This document shows positions 10,605 to 17,999 of a DNA stretch of 41,103 nucleotides, piece by piece. The notes beneath the pieces are model-generated. The model was not told the DNA's origin. It searched no databases and saw nothing but the letters and a program-made list of their open reading frames with translations. The position numbers and the translations under genes were made by a program. The stretch is from positions 1 through 41,103 of the IMG/VR virus record IMGVR_UViG_3300034349_000004, one strand, 5' to 3'. Position 1 is the stretch's first letter. Each line of letters opens with the position of its first letter. The stretch is from a virus (taxonomy: Duplodnaviria; Caudoviricetes).

Positions 10605-10817
10605 GTGAGTATCTCAATCGACTTCAACAATGGGGTGATCCAAGCGACCCCTGTTGTTGCAGCGGCTGGTGCCGACGTGGCAAGCCGTGTAATGGGCTTA
10701 ACGCTCCCTGAGTGGTTCTATGTGTCCGCCATTTTGTTTGGTGTCGTACAGACAGCTATTGCAGTGTACCGAGCGATTAAGGAAGAGAAACGTAAGGACA
10801 AAGGAGGTGGACCATGA
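10605..10817 (+). CDS. gp17.5: Class II holin gp17.5
   Basis: SIDFNNGVIQATPVV...GLTLPEWFYVSAI resembles T7 holin; basic C-terminus. Confidence 0.9.
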   Translation: MSISIDFNNGVIQATPVVAAAGADVASRVMGLTLPEWFYVSAILFGVVQTAIAVYRAIKEEKRKDKGGGP

Positions 10818-11077
10818 GTGATAAAACTAAGTCCGTCCTGGAGCAACTCCTGGAGGCAATCGACACAGAGAAAGCACAGTTCATGTTGGCTGACTTAAGG
10901 GACCCCGCTAAGCGGACCCCTCAGTTATACAACGCTGTGGAGAAACTGTTAGAGCGGCACAAGTTCACCATTGCCAAACTCAGCCCTGACCTCACGGTCC
11001 TGGGAGACCTGGGGATGGCACTTGATGAGTTCAATGCTTTGACTGATGAGGAAGGTGAGGGCTATACGGCTCACTAA
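10814..11077 (+). CDS. gp18: Terminase small subunit gp18
   Basis: KRTPQLYNAVEKLLERHKFTIAKLSPD motif. Confidence 0.93.
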   Translation: MSDKTKSVLEQLLEAIDTEKAQFMLADLRDPAKRTPQLYNAVEKLLERHKFTIAKLSPDLTVLGDLGMALDEFNALTDEEGEGYTAH

Positions 11078-11098
11078 CTGATCACTTGGAGTAATACC

Positions 11099-11130
11099 AA
11101 AGGCTGATCCTTCACAGGGTTGGCCTTTTT
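11099..11130 (+). terminator. Stem-loop plus T-tract before Rz (terminator-like, or R18.5-type RNase III site)
   Basis: AAGGCTGATCCT-TCAC-AGGGTTGGCCTT-TTT, 12-bp stem with G-U pairs. Confidence 0.55.
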
Positions 11131-11146
11131 AGTTTAGGAGGTGGTC

Positions 11147-11608
11147 ATGGATCTTAAGTGGATCAAATGGGTTGCTGCTGTGGCGCTGATGGTGGCCCTT
11201 TATGGGGCTGGCTTTATGCAGGCCAAGAGTAACTATGAGAAACAACAGGGTGAGGCCACTATTGCCTTGCTCCACCAGAAGGAGACTCAACGTGAGCAAA
11301 TGCAAACAGGCTTGGACTTCAGTGCAGCAGCATGGCGGAAAGCTCTTCAAGCAAACTCGGCTGATGCTAAGCGGATTCGTTCTCGGCTTAATGATGCTGG
11401 GGTCCGGCTGTCAGTCGCACTTGCAGACAACACAGTCTGTACAGTCACAGGTGGTAATCGACCAGTCACTAATGGAAGAGCCGAGCTATCTACAGGAGCT
11501 TCTGAATTTCTTATCGGACAAGCCAAACGAGCAGATGACCAAGTAAAGGCACTGCAAGGAGTCGTAAAGCAACTTAAAGGAGAACCTAATGGCATTCGCT
11601 CAAACTGA
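11147..11608 (+). CDS. gp18.5: Rz-like inner-membrane spanin gp18.5
   Basis: AGGAGGT RBS; N-terminal TM segment, coiled coil, GRAELS...[18 protein letters not shown] motif. Confidence 0.88.
   Translation: MDLKWIKWVAAVALMVALYGAGFMQAKSNYEKQQGEATIALLHQKETQREQMQTGLDFSAAAWRKALQANSADAKRIRSRLNDAGVRLSVALADNTVCTVTGGNRPVTNGRAELSTGASEFLIGQAKRADDQVKALQGVVKQLKGEPNGIRSN
11292..11546 (+). CDS. gp18.7: Rz1-like outer-membrane spanin lipoprotein gp18.7, nested in Rz in the +1 frame
   Basis: AAGGAG then GTG 11292; hydrophobic stretch with lipobox LGSGC; IDQSLMEEP resembles T7 18.7 VDSSLMVEP. Confidence 0.8.
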   Translation: MSKCKQAWTSVQQHGGKLFKQTRLMLSGFVLGLMMLGSGCQSHLQTTQSVQSQVVIDQSLMEEPSYLQELLNFLSDKPNEQMTK

Positions 11609-13349
11609 GGAAGAAAAGAAACTTGCACTTATGAAGTCGGACTTTGTGGCCTTCTTGTTTGTCCTATGGGCAGCCTTGAATCTCCCTCGTCCTACTCGTG
11701 CTCAAATTGATATGGCCCGTAAGTTGGCCGCTGGGGATACCAAACGGTTTATCCTCCAGGCATTCCGAGGGATCGGGAAGTCATTCATTACGTGTGCCTT
11801 TGTGGTCTGGAAGCTATGGAACAACCCTCAGCTCAAGATTGAGATTGTATCGGCCTCTAAGGACCGTGCGGATGCTAACAGTGTGTTCATTAAGAACATC
11901 ATTAACATGCTCCCCTTCTTGCACGAGCTGAAGACCAAACATGGGCAGCGGGACTCCTCGTTGAGCTTTGACGTTGGGCCAGCCCTTCCAGATGCATCAC
12001 CCTCAGTTAAGTCTGTAGGTATCACAGGGCAGCTCACAGGCTCCCGTGCTGACATCCTGATTGCAGATGACGTTGAGGTGACTAACAACAGCGCTACAGA
12101 TGCAGCAAGGCAGCGCCTGGAGAGTCTGGTTACTGAGTTTGATGCAATCCTGAAGACTGGTGATGCTCCTATGATCATCTACCTGGGGACTCCTCAGACC
12201 GAGATGACCCTTTATAGGACTCTTGAGGACAAGGGCTACAGCACCACTATCTGGCCCGCTCGTTATCCTGCGGATCAGAAGGACCTGGACTCTTATGGGC
12301 ACCGTTTGGCACCTATGCTCAGAGCCGATATGGAGCGCTCAGGGTGGACTAACTGGGGCCAACCTACAGATCCCCTACGTTTCACTGTGGAGGAGCTGAG
12401 AGCCCGTGAGTTGTCCTATGGCAAGGGTGGCTTTGCCCTCCAGTTCATGCTTAACCCGAACCTTTCGGATGCCGCTAAGTATCCCCTGAAGTTGCGTGAT
12501 TTGATCGTAGGGAGCTTTGAGGCCACTAAGGCACCACTAACCTACTCATGGTTGCCTAACAGCTCTAACCTCATCTCAGGGGTTCCTAATGTGGGCCTTA
12601 AGGGTGACTCTTACCATCGTTATCAAGAGGTGGCTCCATCCTCAGCGGCCTACTCTATGAAGGTCCTGGTGATTGACCCAAGTGGTCGCGGTAAGGATGA
12701 AACTGGTTATTGTGTCCTGTATTACCTCAACGGCTATATCTACCTGATGGAATGGGGTGGGTTCCGTGGTGGCTATGAGGACAAGACCCTTGAGGCCCTG
12801 GCTCAGATTGGCAAGAAGTGGTCTGTTAATGAGGTGGTCATTGAGGGCAACTTTGGTGACGGTATGTATCTCAAGCTGTTTAGCCCTGTGATGACTCGTG
12901 TGCATCGAGCGACCATCACTGAGGTCAAGAGTAAGGGTCAGAAGGAAGTACGTATCATCGACACCCTGGAGCCTGTACTGGGCTCTCATAAGCTCATCGT
13001 GAGTGAGGCTGTCATTCAGCAGGACTATGAGTCAGCAGTTAACTCAGATGGATCCTTTGACATCTCCTACTGTGGGTTCCACCAGCTTACAAGGATCACC
13101 AAGGAGCGGGGCTCACTGGCCCATGATGACCGACTGGATGCCTTGGCAATTGGTGTGGCCTTCTTTGTGGAGGCTATGGAGAAGGATAGTGACCTGGGCG
13201 CTGATGAGATGATCCAGGACTTCCTTGAGATGCACATGGAGAACGAACGGATGGGCTTTGAGGATCACATGCAGCAAGCCGTTACGGATGACGTGAGTAT
13301 CCAGTGGGAGGCCGATGGGTCCTCTTCAGGTGGCTTCATCCAGTGGTAA
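11589..13349 (+). CDS. gp19: Terminase large subunit gp19
   Basis: QAFRGIGKS Walker [14 protein letters not shown] Walker [11 protein letters not shown] and HDDRLDALA nuclease motifs. Confidence 0.97.
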   Translation: MAFAQTEEEKKLALMKSDFVAFLFVLWAALNLPRPTRAQIDMARKLAAGDTKRFILQAFRGIGKSFITCAFVVWKLWNNPQLKIEIVSASKDRADANSVFIKNIINMLPFLHELKTKHGQRDSSLSFDVGPALPDASPSVKSVGITGQLTGSRADILIADDVEVTNNSATDAARQRLESLVTEFDAILKTGDAPMIIYLGTPQTEMTLYRTLEDKGYSTTIWPARYPADQKDLDSYGHRLAPMLRADMERSGWTNWGQPTDPLRFTVEELRARELSYGKGGFALQFMLNPNLSDAAKYPLKLRDLIVGSFEATKAPLTYSWLPNSSNLISGVPNVGLKGDSYHRYQEVAPSSAAYSMKVLVIDPSGRGKDETGYCVLYYLNGYIYLMEWGGFRGGYEDKTLEALAQIGKKWSVNEVVIEGNFGDGMYLKLFSPVMTRVHRATITEVKSKGQKEVRIIDTLEPVLGSHKLIVSEAVIQQDYESAVNSDGSFDISYCGFHQLTRITKERGSLAHDDRLDALAIGVAFFVEAMEKDSDLGADEMIQDFLEMHMENERMGFEDHMQQAVTDDVSIQWEADGSSSGGFIQW

Positions 13350-13395
13350 GCACCTAAAGGCCGTACAGGAAAGCACAAGGATGTGCAACCTGTTT

Positions 13396-13418
13396 AATTA
13401 ACCCTCACATACAGAGAG
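13396..13418 (+). promoter_or_regulatory. Phage RNAP promoter (phiOR-like)
   Basis: AATTAACCCTCACATAC/AGAGAG after gp19, followed by CTTAAAG. Confidence 0.8.
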
Positions 13419-13535
13419 GGGGGACTTAAAGTTATACTATAGAGCTACTCCCTTCCAGGTCCTAAAGGTTCACTCATCGTGGGTGGACACAGGGATGATA
13501 ATCACATGATCACCAACCATAAGGAGGTAGAGACC

Positions 13536-13703
13536 ATGAAGCTCCAGACTGTTCTTAAAGCAGTACGTATTGTAGCAACTCATAGGTCCACCTACCGATT
13601 TCTGGCTGTACTGCTGGTTGCTTTGGGTGCAGCTCAAGGAGCCTCAATGGCCTTGGGTATCGAAGGTGTCCTTTGTGCTGTGCTCGGTGGTTGTGTTGGT
13701 TGA
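13536..13703 (+). CDS. gp19.5: gp19.5-like small hydrophobic protein
   Basis: TAAGGAGGT RBS; ATHRSTYRFLAVLLVALG motif; last gene before the terminal repeat. Confidence 0.8.
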   Translation: MKLQTVLKAVRIVATHRSTYRFLAVLLVALGAAQGASMALGIEGVLCAVLGGCVG

Positions 13704-13732
13704 AGTGACCTGTGTGTTCCTTGTTCCAGGCG

Positions 13733-13771
13733 CTTTAACCTTGTTACGTTGGCACTCCACCAAGGTTAAAG
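13733..13771. repeat. Perfect 11-bp inverted repeat near the right end (possible M-hairpin analogue)
   Basis: CTTTAACCTTG...CAAGGTTAAAG about 200 bp before the terminal repeat. Confidence 0.5.
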
Positions 13772-13844
13772 GATAAGGTCAACCTTAAGCCCTGGAGTCT
13801 CCTACAAGGGCTCTCAGGGTCTCCTAATAGTCTTCATTAAGGTG

Positions 13845-13873
13845 TTGACATAGGGTTCCATAGGTGGGACTAT
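13845..13873 (+). promoter_or_regulatory. Rightward sigma70-like promoter pointing into the terminal repeat
   Basis: TTGACA-17 nt-GACTAT. Confidence 0.5.
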
Positions 13874-13971
13874 AGGGTCTCTTAAGGGATGATCATCATA
13901 GGGTGAACACTCCTAAGGAGATGACCATAGGGTTCCTTAATGGCATATTTTGGGTACAACTTGTGTGACCA

Positions 13972-14235
13972 TCTCAAGGTAGGACGGACCCAAGGTTCCC
14001 CCGTAGGGCCCTCTTCCAGGCCTCCTAAAGGCTCCTAAGCCCATAGGGAAACTCAATGATCCTTGAGGGATACGATAGGAAGAACTGATTGTTACTACAT
14101 GATGTGCCTCCTTAAGTTGACTGAATGAGTGCTCATAGTAGGCCCTGATGATAGGCCTGTCAAGTGGTACTTAGGGTGGACTTGAGGAATCTTAAGGTGA
14201 AACGTTAGGGTATAACATTGGGCCTCTGTGTCCCT
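13972..14235 (+). repeat. Direct terminal repeat (~264 bp), collapsed to one copy; true genome ends
   Basis: Begins TCTCAAGGTAGGACGGACCCAAGGTTCCCCCGTAGGG (cf. T7 TCTCACAGTGTACGGACCTAAAGTTCCCCCATAGGG) and ends CTCTGTGTCCCT as the T7 repeat does. Confidence 0.75.
14135..14163 (-). promoter_or_regulatory. Leftward sigma70 promoter (A0/D-like) inside the terminal repeat
   Basis: Minus strand TTGACA-GGCCTATCATCAGGGCC (17 nt)-TACTAT. Confidence 0.7.
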
Positions 14236-14242
14236 ATCTGTA
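14235..14242 (+). terminator. Concatemer-junction (CJ)-type pause/class II termination signal
   Basis: TATCTGTA directly after the repeat end, at the position of T7 CJ (ATCTGTT). Confidence 0.6.
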
Positions 14243-14294
14243 AGCACACTATGAGTCCTCCTCAAGTTACCTCAAGACAACATGAACACAGCTC

Positions 14295-14400
14295 ACTATA
14301 GGCACCACTATAGGAAGGACCATAGGTTAGACCTGGAGACTCACACCTAAAGGAAGACTCATAGCAGCCGATAGGAAGAGCTATAGGCAGCACTAAGGGA
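14295..14400 (+). repeat. Short imperfect repeats (CTATAGG/CATAGG), SRL-like; similar CATAGG(G) copies at 13849-13935
   Basis: Several ACTATAGG/CCATAGG/GATAGG units flanking the terminal repeat. Confidence 0.55.
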
Positions 14401-14504
14401 GAGCTTAGAGCAAGGCTTATAAGTCTATGTCTTGTGATGATCATGTCTAAGGGCCTGCTTTAAGGCCTTCAGTCAACTTTAAGTGAATCTTTATAAATAA
14501 GTGG

Positions 14505-14532
14505 TTGACAGGATATGGATCTGTGGCAAGAT
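14505..14532 (+). promoter_or_regulatory. Major early host (sigma70) promoter, A1-like
   Basis: AT-rich UP tract TTTATAAATAA, TTGACA, 16 nt, extended -10 TG-G-CAAGAT. Confidence 0.65.
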
Positions 14533-14577
14533 GGCCCTACTCCAACAGGGCAGCACTTAAAGCAACCTGTTAAGTAC

Positions 14578-14590
14578 CGCTCTTTAACAA
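14578..14590 (+). promoter_or_regulatory. boxA antitermination element
   Basis: CGCTCTTTAACAA matches the lambda/rrn boxA consensus, downstream of the early promoter as in T7. Confidence 0.8.
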
Positions 14591-14621
14591 TTGAATGTAG
14601 TACAAAGATGATAACGCTATG

Positions 14622-14698
14622 AGTATGCTAACGATAGGGCCTTAGGATCCAACCTATAGAGGATGGTGAAGAGGTGAAGGCCCTACACTGAGCACACT
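14622..14698 (+). other. Long stem-loop, probable RNase III site (R0.3-like)
   Basis: TAGGGCCTT (14635) pairs with AAGGCCCTA (14677), extended by AGTATGCT/AGCACACT. Confidence 0.55.
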
Positions 14699-14735
14699 GG
14701 ATGCAACCGCACCGGCTCTATTGAGGGCAACACGA

Positions 14736-14936
14736 ATGACTAACGTAATGACCATCGCATTGAACAACCTGAAGTCTGCTGACTTGTCAGGCCTTGAAGC
14801 TGGTCAGTCCCTGGAAGTCACCTTGAAGGGCTTCAGCTTCGCAGTAACCAAGCGCCATCCTGGTCAGATCACTGATTATGTGGTGAGTCGTAAAGGTGCC
14901 GACTTGTATCCCCTTCCAGGCTTTGAGCGACCTTAA
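14736..14936 (+). CDS. First early hypothetical protein (possibly joined to next ORF by a +1 frameshift)
   Basis: GAGGG RBS, ATG 14736, phage-like codon usage. Confidence 0.7.
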   Translation: MTNVMTIALNNLKSADLSGLEAGQSLEVTLKGFSFAVTKRHPGQITDYVVSRKGADLYPLPGFERP

Positions 14937-15252
14937 GGAGTTCGTAAGGACTTGTGTAGCGGCCTACCAAGAGGAAGCTGTAGAGGCACCTAAGCCTAAG
15001 TGCCCTTCAGTATCCGAACTGGCCTATCAGGTCTCTGAGTCGGGCAATCTGTTCTTCACTAAGAAGACCATGAAGTTCTTCGGGGACACCTTAGGCAACT
15101 ACGGGACTCGGATGGTCCAACAGAAAGACGGCTCATGGGTCATTGAGTTGTTCCGTAAGCGTCCTGTTAAGCACAACACCAGCAGCTCAGCCTACTTTGA
15201 TGCTGTTACCTACAAGCGCCTCCACTCGGTTGACCTGAAGGAAGGTAATTAA
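14896..15252 (+). CDS. Early hypothetical protein, start uncertain
   Basis: Phage-like coding sequence (FFTKKTMKFFGDTLGNYG...RKRPVKH...AYFD) with no good in-frame start and RBS. Confidence 0.65.
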   Translation: MPTCIPFQALSDLKEFVRTCVAAYQEEAVEAPKPKCPSVSELAYQVSESGNLFFTKKTMKFFGDTLGNYGTRMVQQKDGSWVIELFRKRPVKHNTSSSAYFDAVTYKRLHSVDLKEGN

Positions 15253-15253
15253 G

Positions 15254-15535
15254 ATGATGTCTAAGACAGACAACACCTCGTCCCTAACAGTTGGATCACT
15301 TAATAAGGTGATCTACCTGGCCCACGGTAAGCAGATTGGTATCAAGGTCTACCCGAACGGCTACACACTCACAGTGGACGCTAAGCACCTCAGTGCTAAA
15401 GAAGTCCTCAAGATGTTCCCTAAGGATGGTGAGGCCATCGTCCGTGATCAGCTCCAGGCTATCCGTGAGTTGGCCTTAACAATGGGCTGGAAGGACACCG
15501 CCAAGTCAACCATTGATGACTACAAGGGTGAGTAA
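15254..15535 (+). CDS. Early hypothetical protein
   Basis: GGAAGGT RBS, tight packing. Confidence 0.75.
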   Translation: MMSKTDNTSSLTVGSLNKVIYLAHGKQIGIKVYPNGYTLTVDAKHLSAKEVLKMFPKDGEAIVRDQLQAIRELALTMGWKDTAKSTIDDYKGE

Positions 15536-15855
15536 TGACGCCTCTATATGTCCCAACCATATTCATTGGACTGGTGAATGATATGACCCGTGATAAAGAG
15601 ATACTGAAAGACCTGGGCTTTGACTCCACTCGTGAGGCCGTCAATAAGGTGAGCATTGAGGAGCGCTATAAGGAGGCTGTTAACGCCCACCAGCAGGCGC
15701 GCTATCGGTTCGCTCACTATGAGGGCAAGGTGACAGACCCTCAGCACCGTAAGTTGGCCGATGAGGTGGACCGCACCTTGACCCATGTGAGGGTCTTGGA
15801 GATTGCCTGTCTACAGCAGCGCATTGAGTCCATTCAGAAGGACCTCAAAGGATGA
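15535..15855 (+). CDS. Early hypothetical protein
   Basis: TAATG stop/start coupling. Confidence 0.75.
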   Translation: MTPLYVPTIFIGLVNDMTRDKEILKDLGFDSTREAVNKVSIEERYKEAVNAHQQARYRFAHYEGKVTDPQHRKLADEVDRTLTHVRVLEIACLQQRIESIQKDLKG

Positions 15856-15983
15856 CTACAAGGCGCCACAAGAGGCCTTGGTGGAAGGATCAATGCACAG
15901 GTGATGATGTCGCCAATGGGATCCTCCTGGTCCTCTTCACATGGTGGGCTTACTACCTGATCACTACCGGCCATGTATGGTGA
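15852..15983 (+). CDS. Small membrane protein, 43 aa (MTTRRHKRPWWKDQCTGDDVANGILLVLFTWWAYYLITTGHVW)
   Basis: ATGA overlap; basic N-terminus and one TM segment; ends just before a phage promoter. Confidence 0.6.
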   Translation: MTTRRHKRPWWKDQCTGDDVANGILLVLFTWWAYYLITTGHVW

Positions 15984-15987
15984 GATT

Positions 15988-16010
15988 TAATAACCCTCAC
16001 AGATAGAAAC
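15988..16010 (+). promoter_or_regulatory. Phage RNAP promoter within the early region
   Basis: TAATAACCCTCACAGAT/AGAAAC. Confidence 0.85.
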
Positions 16011-16049
16011 CTAATGTTCACCTAACGAACACCTTTAAGGAGACACCAA

Positions 16050-16361
16050 ATGATGCAAGACGTAGCCCAGACACTAACCAACGTGGAGGTCTGTGATTCC
16101 AATCAGGCGCCACAAGTGGCAGCACCTAAGCACCCACTGGCTGAGCTGATTGCTGGTCAGGCATTCCTTCAGGAACTCCAAGGCAAGACCACACGCCAGC
16201 TCAAGGAGATCGTTCTTAAGACTCCTAACACGCCTGAGCTTGAAGAGGGCGAACGGTTGCTCCTGGTGATGTCCATTAAGATCCTTCAAGGCCGGATGCC
16301 TAAGGCCAGCTACAACAGCTTCCTACTGGAAGTCGTAGAGGCAGCACGAGCCCAACAGTAA
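16050..16361 (+). CDS. Hypothetical protein
   Basis: TAAGGAG RBS, downstream of phage promoter. Confidence 0.8.
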   Translation: MMQDVAQTLTNVEVCDSNQAPQVAAPKHPLAELIAGQAFLQELQGKTTRQLKEIVLKTPNTPELEEGERLLLVMSIKILQGRMPKASYNSFLLEVVEAARAQQ

Positions 16362-16372
16362 GTAACACTCCT

Positions 16373-16404
16373 ATAAGCCCTTCAGGTCCTCCTGTTGGGC
16401 TTTA
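16373..16404 (+). other. Intergenic stem-loop, probable RNase III site
   Basis: TAAGCCC-TT-CAGG-TCCT-CCTG-TT-GGGCTTTA. Confidence 0.45.
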
Positions 16405-16442
16405 AGTGGTTATAAACACTCACACAATGCACAGGTGTTGTA

Positions 16443-17180
16443 ATGAACAAGACTCAGATGTCTCATCCATCGTTCATCCTCAAGGTTCTTGTAGCTCTCG
16501 CTCAGGCCTTGAGGTCTCGGGAACCATTCAAGTCCACAGAGTTCATACACAACCGTAAAGGCCAACGTATAGCGCGCTTGGTGTGGACTGATAAGGCTCT
16601 TGGGCGCTTCCTGATGTACACAGATGACCCACGGGCTGAGCATTCAGAACTGATGGTCTCCATTATTGAGGACTGTGGTAACACGCTCCACATTCAGTGG
16701 CTTAAGGAGCTTCAGGCACACGCTACGCTCAAGCTGAAGGAACAACTGAGACAGGAAGAGGTTGTTGAGGCTCACGTTGAGAATGAGGCCCGTAATGCTC
16801 TCTGTCAGGCCCGTAGAGCTGTCAAGTTTGTGAGTCAAAACCCACACATAGGCAAGACCCTTAAAGGCCGTGAGGCAGCCTGTGAGGCCCTCGCTTGGTA
16901 TCGTCAAGCGGCTGAGCTGGTGAACAAAAGGACGGACCTCGGTAGACTGGTAGAGTCTGGTGATGTTGAGAAGTTCAGACGTATGGGACAAGTGGTAGGC
17001 ATGACCCACATCACGTCCACTGAGATCATCCTTAGCCGGTCCTATGTGCCACCCTTTGAGATGGACTACACGGCTCTTGAGCTGGCTTGTCTACACATGG
17101 TCCTGACCACAGGCTACGGACACCGAACAGGGCCTATTGAGGTCTCCAAGACAGGCACAGGAAGGAGCACACAGGCATGA
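16443..17180 (+). CDS. Hypothetical early protein, 245 aa
   Basis: Long ORF, CAGGT RBS; no kinase or SAMase motifs recognised. Confidence 0.75.
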   Translation: MNKTQMSHPSFILKVLVALAQALRSREPFKSTEFIHNRKGQRIARLVWTDKALGRFLMYTDDPRAEHSELMVSIIEDCGNTLHIQWLKELQAHATLKLKEQLRQEEVVEAHVENEARNALCQARRAVKFVSQNPHIGKTLKGREAACEALAWYRQAAELVNKRTDLGRLVESGDVEKFRRMGQVVGMTHITSTEIILSRSYVPPFEMDYTALELACLHMVLTTGYGHRTGPIEVSKTGTGRSTQA

Positions 17181-17404
17181 ACTTAGAGGACCGTAAGATC
17201 CGACTCAGAGAGCTTATCCAGGCCCACAATCGGGCTCTTGAGGAGGGCGATGAGGAGGCCGCAAAGATGCTGGAAGGCTGCTTTGAGGAACAGCTACAAC
17301 TTTTCAGAGCAACTAAGGCAGCACAGCACCAGAACTCTAAGCGCTCCTGGAGTAACTCAGGGGGCTTCAGCCACGTTAGGTCTACAGGAGTGATCCTTAA
17401 ATGA
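17177..17404 (+). CDS. Hypothetical protein
   Basis: AAGGAG RBS, ATGA overlap. Confidence 0.75.
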   Translation: MNLEDRKIRLRELIQAHNRALEEGDEEAAKMLEGCFEEQLQLFRATKAAQHQNSKRSWSNSGGFSHVRSTGVILK

Positions 17405-17718
17405 GTCACTGGAACAAGGTTAAGGCTGTATCCTTCAGGGTCCAAGAGGCTGTTGAAGTGGCTTACGGACCTGTCTACAAGCTAACAAGTCGTAACTTCC
17501 AAGCCACACGTAAGGAGCACAAGAAGCACGACTTTGAGTTAGGCCTTGGGCCTTGTGGCGAGACAGTTCGTGAACTCTATTACCGTGAGGATTCCCAAGG
17601 GTTCCAGGTCTATCAAGTGACTGAAAGATCCCGTAAGAACTTTGTGTACCCTTGGTCTGAGCTACATGGCCGGATCACTGTTACCTACCTGCTTCAAACC
17701 GAAACACTCCCGCTGTAA
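17401..17718 (+). CDS. Hypothetical protein
   Basis: AGGAG RBS, ATGA overlap. Confidence 0.75.
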   Translation: MSHWNKVKAVSFRVQEAVEVAYGPVYKLTSRNFQATRKEHKKHDFELGLGPCGETVRELYYREDSQGFQVYQVTERSRKNFVYPWSELHGRITVTYLLQTETLPL

Positions 17719-17847
17719 CCCGCACTACTCGATTCACCAGTATCCCTCCCGTTTCAACTGAAAGACTCCCCTTGAGATTTACTTAAAGGAATGTCACTCA
17801 GGCCCCGCATTTGCTGGCCCAAGGCTGGCTGAGACCTGCACAAAAGG

Positions 17848-17870
17848 ATTTAACCCTCACAGACAGACCA
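17848..17870 (+). promoter_or_regulatory. Phage RNAP promoter immediately upstream of gene 1
   Basis: ATTTAACCCTCACAGAC/AGACCA. Confidence 0.75.
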
Positions 17871-17887
17871 AGGCTCAACTGATGACC

Positions 17888-17965
17888 CTTAAAGTCTCTC
17901 TTAAAGCTCTACTTAAAGTCCTACCTAAAGAACCCTTAAAGTCTCAACTATGAGTTGACTTTAAG
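17888..17965 (+). repeat. CTTAAAG heptamer array (5 direct copies, 11-12 bp period, plus 1 inverted copy); origin-like
   Basis: Copies at 17888, 17900, 17912, 17924 (CCTAAAG), 17935; inverted CTTTAAG at 17959. Confidence 0.8.
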
Positions 17966-17999
17966 TCCTTATTGTTTACTTAGGTTAATAATAACCAAC

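Noticed and set aside
14284-14306. CTCACTATAGG, matching the T7 promoter core at a phiOL-like position
   Set aside because: Lacks this phage's TAACCC specificity region and falls within the CTATAGG short repeats; at most vestigial
13790-14460. CRISPR-like array, tRNA genes or att/integrase
   Set aside because: Repeats are only 6-8 bp and irregular; no tRNA cloverleaf or recombinase was seen anywhere in the window
17955-17999. TTG 17955 as RNAP start
   Set aside because: Lies within the repeat/hairpin region; ATG 18000 fits the homologous N-terminus (..HDFSDI..)
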